Below the pieces are notes generated by a model. It was given only the letters and a program-made list of their open reading frames with translations, searched no databases and had not been told where the DNA came from. The translations under genes were made by a program, and so were the position numbers. Positions 57,426 through 59,924 of a stretch of DNA of 59,924 bases are shown here, piece by piece. Source of the stretch: a virus (Duplodnaviria > Caudoviricetes); IMG/VR virus record IMGVR_UViG_3300020442_000563, positions 1-59,924 of that record; one strand, given 5' to 3'. Position 1 is the first letter of the stretch; every line of letters starts with the position of its first letter.

Positions 57426-58112
57426 TTATACTGTCAGCGAGCAGCATCCCTCAGGTGCAAACCCTGTGAGCACTCGGTAGTCCCATGCAAAGTCTAGTGC
57501 CTCCTGCTCTAGTGGTCTGCCCCTGCGTCCTTTCATGTTCGCTGCTTCGGGTAGACCGTGCTGGTTGAACTGGAAGATGATGGGTGCGTTGACGTGGGTC
57601 TGTCCCATCCAGTCGCATGTCCACACCTCGGTCGCCTTGCCTTTGTACCCAGCATACCACAAGTCCATTTCCCTGAGAAGCAATTCTCTAGGGGCACAGA
57701 ACCACTCGGTGCCACCACGCTGTCTCTGGAAGTATGGTTTGAATTCTTCGGGGATATTTCTGTCCATGCCCTTGATGGTGGAGTATCCCTCGCCTCTCCA
57801 TATCTGATGGGCGATCGCCTCGGTACGTCCCACGTTCTTGACTGGGTAGTTGCGTACCTGGTCATAGTCGCCGCTATTGCCTGTGCGTTGATCACCTAGG
57901 ATCTTAAAGGATGACTGCTCACCGTCAGACGCTAGACCGATCTTGAAGCATGTCCACTCGCCGCCGCTGAGTTCTTTGACGGCACAGTTCTCAGACTCGG
58001 CAACGTAGAGAGAACCCCATCCATGAGGTTGACTGCCGACCTGCTTTCCTTTTTTCTTGGTCATGCCCCCACGGATGTCGTGGGTCTTCGGGAAGTCCTT
58101 TGATAGCATCAT
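57426..58112 (-). CDS. T5orf172/GIY-YIG-like nuclease domain protein
   Basis: GSLYVA...FKIGLA...RTGN...EAIAH...GGTEWF pattern. Confidence 0.7.
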   Translation of the reverse strand: MMLSKDFPKTHDIRGGMTKKKGKQVGSQPHGWGSLYVAESENCAVKELSGGEWTCFKIGLASDGEQSSFKILGDQRTGNSGDYDQVRNYPVKNVGRTEAIAHQIWRGEGYSTIKGMDRNIPEEFKPYFQRQRGGTEWFCAPRELLLREMDLWYAGYKGKATEVWTCDWMGQTHVNAPIIFQFNQHGLPEAANMKGRRGRPLEQEALDFAWDYRVLTGFAPEGCCSLTV

Positions 58113-58114
58113 GA

Positions 58115-58339
58115 TCAGTGGCGGTCGCTGATGTTCCAGACACCCCAGTTGTCGTATCTGGGGAGAGGGCGGCGACCCTCACGAATTTCCTTTCGTTCCT
58201 GTGCTTCTCTGAGCATGTCTGCCTTGATGGATTCCATGGCAGCGAAGATGACAGGATCGGTGCAACCCTTGTTGATGATGAAACCGTCTCGGATCTCGTA
58301 ACGGTCTTGCATGTGCTTGGGGAGTGTTTGTTCGTTCAT
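58115..58339 (-). CDS. early hypothetical protein (74 aa)
   Basis: Probable start MNEQTLP at 58339, directly after TATAAT. Confidence 0.7.
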   Translation of the reverse strand: MNEQTLPKHMQDRYEIRDGFIINKGCTDPVIFAAMESIKADMLREAQERKEIREGRRPLPRYDNWGVWNISDRH

Positions 58340-58345
58340 GTCCTT

Positions 58346-58403
58346 ATTATAAGCCATGAGCAGCACCCGTCTACACGAGGTGGGACAGTTCTGCAACTGT
58401 CAT
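58346..58403 (-). promoter_or_regulatory. early promoter: palindrome, TAGACG and TATAAT
   Basis: ATGACAGTT-GCAG-AACTGTCCC lies 30 bp upstream of TATAAT. Confidence 0.75.
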
Positions 58404-58601
58404 ACTGCGAGCGTGCTCTTCACCATAGACACGAACCCAGCGGATCGGTTCGCCGTTGCCGTTGATTCGCCAGATCATCATGTCCTGAGGTTGCTGCGCC
58501 ACTCGGTAGGCATGGTCAATGGAGATGCAGTAGTCTGCCCCGTGTGGGTCAAAGTTAAACCAGTCAGCGGGTTGGACTGCCCAAGTGGTGGAAGTGGTCA
58601 T
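58371..58601 (-). CDS. early hypothetical protein
   Basis: AAGGAG SD and its own promoter. Confidence 0.75.
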   Translation of the reverse strand: MTTSTTWAVQPADWFNFDPHGADYCISIDHAYRVAQQPQDMMIWRINGNGEPIRWVRVYGEEHARSMTVAELSHLV

Positions 58602-58625
58602 GTGCTCCTTTGTTTGTATGTGTTT

Positions 58626-58684
58626 ATTATAAGGGGTCAGCGGCAGATCTGCTGCTGGGTGAGTGACAGTCCTGCAACTGCCCC
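58626..58684 (-). promoter_or_regulatory. early promoter: palindrome and TATAAT
   Basis: GGGGCAGTT-GCAG-GACTGTCAC lies 31 bp upstream of TATAAT. Confidence 0.7.
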
Positions 58685-58753
58685 CTGCTTGAGGTAGTCT
58701 CCTGCGAAGACTCCTACAGTCAAAGCGAGAGCGAGAGAAGCGAAGAGGCGCAT
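58637..58753 (-). CDS. 38-aa hydrophobic early peptide
   Basis: MRLFASLALALTVGVFAGDYLKQGAVAGLSLTQQQICR starts 1 nt after the upstream stop. Confidence 0.5.
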   Translation of the reverse strand: MRLFASLALALTVGVFAGDYLKQGAVAGLSLTQQQICR

Positions 58754-58754
58754 G

Positions 58755-59060
58755 TCAGTTAAAAATGGCGTTGGTTTGGACTTGTGAGATGAGGACTGAC
58801 TCTTGTCTGAATTGCTTCTTATAGACCGCTGCAATGCAGTTGAGAGAGACCATATGGTCATCAACCTCAGAGTCAGGCACCTCAAGGTAGAAAATTTTGG
58901 TTTGTTCCAGTTCTCCCTTCCATAGACCCTCGCCGTCAATGAAAGTGCCGTAATCAAAGTGTGGCATGATCTCACGTCTGATGAAGTCGTTCATCATGCG
59001 ATCCGTGACGATACCATTGTCTGGTATGTTGCGTCCCATGATCAGTTCAAGGCGTTTCAG
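58755..59060 (-). CDS. DUF3574-like protein, probable CTG start
   Basis: LELIMGRNIP...V....F....I.P.F..G.T..DG.G.W.G..E.TKI...I...YK.QF.QESVL; GGAGG 5 nt before CTG at 59060. Confidence 0.75.
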   Translation of the reverse strand: MKRLELIMGRNIPDNGIVTDRMMNDFIRREIMPHFDYGTFIDGEGLWKGELEQTKIFYLEVPDSEVDDHMVSLNCIAAVYKKQFRQESVLISQVQTNAIFN

Positions 59061-59086
59061 GTTGTCCTCCTTTGGTTGATGTCTTT

Positions 59087-59145
59087 ATTATATACCCCAG
59101 CGGGTGTGGTGCCAACCGAGGTAGTGCCAGTTTGAAAATTGGTTG
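59087..59145 (-). promoter_or_regulatory. early promoter: palindrome, TTGGCA and TATAAT
   Basis: CAACCAATT-TTCA-AACTGGCAC lies 31 bp upstream of TATAAT. Confidence 0.75.
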
Positions 59146-59146
59146 T

Positions 59147-59228
59147 GGGTCTTACATGGTCAGAGGTCTCCACACATAAAAGGCATTTTCCTCTGGGGTC
59201 GCCTACCCTTGCCTGACCAATGCCCCGA
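59147..59228 (-). ncRNA. candidate structured RNA (possible pseudoknot)
   Basis: Intergenic; GGGGCAUU/AAUGCCUU, UGGUCAG/CUGACCA, GGGU/ACCC and CAGAGG/CCUCUG complementarities. Confidence 0.4.
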
Positions 59229-59230
59229 TG

Positions 59231-59488
59231 CTAGAATTCCTCTAGCATCTCATCCATCTCAACGGCGTTGATCTTGGGGTCGTCCCACCTCACGCCGTCG
59301 CCTGTGGTCTCTGATCCGTAGCAGGTGAGGATCTCTAGCAGGTGATCCCAATCCATAGCACGGCGGGCGATGCTGTAGAGTCCTTCATCGTTGCCGATCC
59401 ATAGTGCTGCGTTCCATGTCTCGTAGTTTGTCCACCCGTTGTACTCTGTGTCAGGTGAGAGGAGATCTGCTTGATAAGATGCTGTCAT
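59231..59488 (-). CDS. conserved early protein (YNGWTNYETWN family)
   Basis: YNGWTNYETWNAALWIGNDEGLY...TGDGVRW; own promoter. Confidence 0.8.
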   Translation of the reverse strand: MTASYQADLLSPDTEYNGWTNYETWNAALWIGNDEGLYSIARRAMDWDHLLEILTCYGSETTGDGVRWDDPKINAVEMDEMLEEF

Positions 59489-59513
59489 GTGTGGTTTTGT
59501 GTTGTATGATCAT

Positions 59514-59571
59514 AGTATAGGGCATCGGGCGACCGTTGCAACCCGATGCGTGCCACTTTCTAAACTGTCAC
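59514..59571 (-). promoter_or_regulatory. early promoter: palindrome, TTGCAA and TATACT
   Basis: GTGACAGTT-TAGA-AAGTGGCAC lies 30 bp upstream of TATACT. Confidence 0.8.
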
Positions 59572-59573
59572 AC

Positions 59574-59756
59574 TCATGCAAACAAAGGACGCATGTAGTC
59601 TTTAAACTGTTCACGTTTAAAGTCTGCGAGGTGTCGCATCTCATCTTCATTTAACATGAGATCTAATCCCTCTCCTCGCATTTCATCATAACATGCTTGA
59701 GAGATACCCCTATCAGTGAGGGGGTACTCATGCAGCGAAATGTGTTTAAAGAACAT
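59574..59756 (-). CDS. early hypothetical protein
   Basis: 60-aa ORF with AGGAG upstream. Confidence 0.7.
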   Translation of the reverse strand: MFFKHISLHEYPLTDRGISQACYDEMRGEGLDLMLNEDEMRHLADFKREQFKDYMRPLFA

Positions 59757-59759
59757 AAT

Positions 59760-59924
59760 TTAAAAAACTCCTACTGGTGATGGTGTGAATTTTCTCTCTC
59801 CAAGAGAGGCGGGGCGAACACCGTATTCGCCGTGATGTTGACCCCAGTTGTCAATGATCTCAGAATATGCATAATCCCAAGTGTACACATAATCGCAACA
59901 CATTTCCGTTGCTTGCCAGTTGCG
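59760..59924 (-). CDS. 3' end of an early hypothetical protein (truncated by window)
   Basis: Open frame RNWQATEMCCDYVYTWDY...PVGVF* ending 3 nt before the next ATG. Confidence 0.55.
   Translation of the reverse strand, partial: RNWQATEMCCDYVYTWDYAYSEIIDNWGQHHGEYGVRPASLGERKFTPSPVGVF

Noticed and set aside
57451-57895. Alternative-frame ORFs inside the nuclease-like gene
   Set aside because: Expected in GC-richer sequence with fewer stop codons; no start signals or motifs.
366-58697. All plus-strand ORFs in the track
   Set aside because: Each lies antisense to a convincing minus-strand gene, has no recognisable motif, and reads like a typical antisense shadow.
58754-58975. N-terminal part of the 112-aa ORF 58637..58975
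   Set aside because: Overlaps the DUF3574-like gene out of frame; only the last 38 codons from ATG 58753 are plausible.
1-59924. tRNA, rRNA, integrase, transposase, intron or intein
   Set aside because: No cloverleaf, recombinase, splicing motif or interrupted core gene was recognised; a tRNAscan/Infernal run would be needed to exclude them fully.

Overview
About 60 kb of a T4-like marine cyanophage (cyanomyovirus, probably infecting Synechococcus or Prochlorococcus), with essentially all genes on the minus strand. In transcription order (right to left) there are five blocks. (1) A GC-richer early region (about 57.4-59.9 kb) of short genes behind sigma70-type promoters that share a palindromic upstream motif. 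(2) A late block with a PAAR/gp5.4-like gene, a small basic peptide, a SET-domain protein, baseplate gp25-gp6-gp7-gp8 and a VrlC/DUF4815-type protein. (3) A large modular tail-fibre/appendage region (about 9.2-35 kb). (4) A 2OG-Fe(II) oxygenase, gp13-gp14-gp15 and terminase small subunit gp16. (5) The hyperplastic auxiliary-metabolic-gene island (ptoX, petE, petF, gnd, ndhP, zwf). Several real-looking small genes are missing from the ORF track: ndhP, a 43-aa membrane peptide, a 48-aa fibre-anchor peptide, a 44-aa basic peptide and a 38-aa hydrophobic peptide. The best leads are a SET methyltransferase near a histone-tail-like peptide, shared docking motifs among the fibre genes, a candidate pseudoknotted ncRNA, the early-promoter palindrome and a dual-coded overlap. 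All family calls are from motif recognition by eye; no searches were run.
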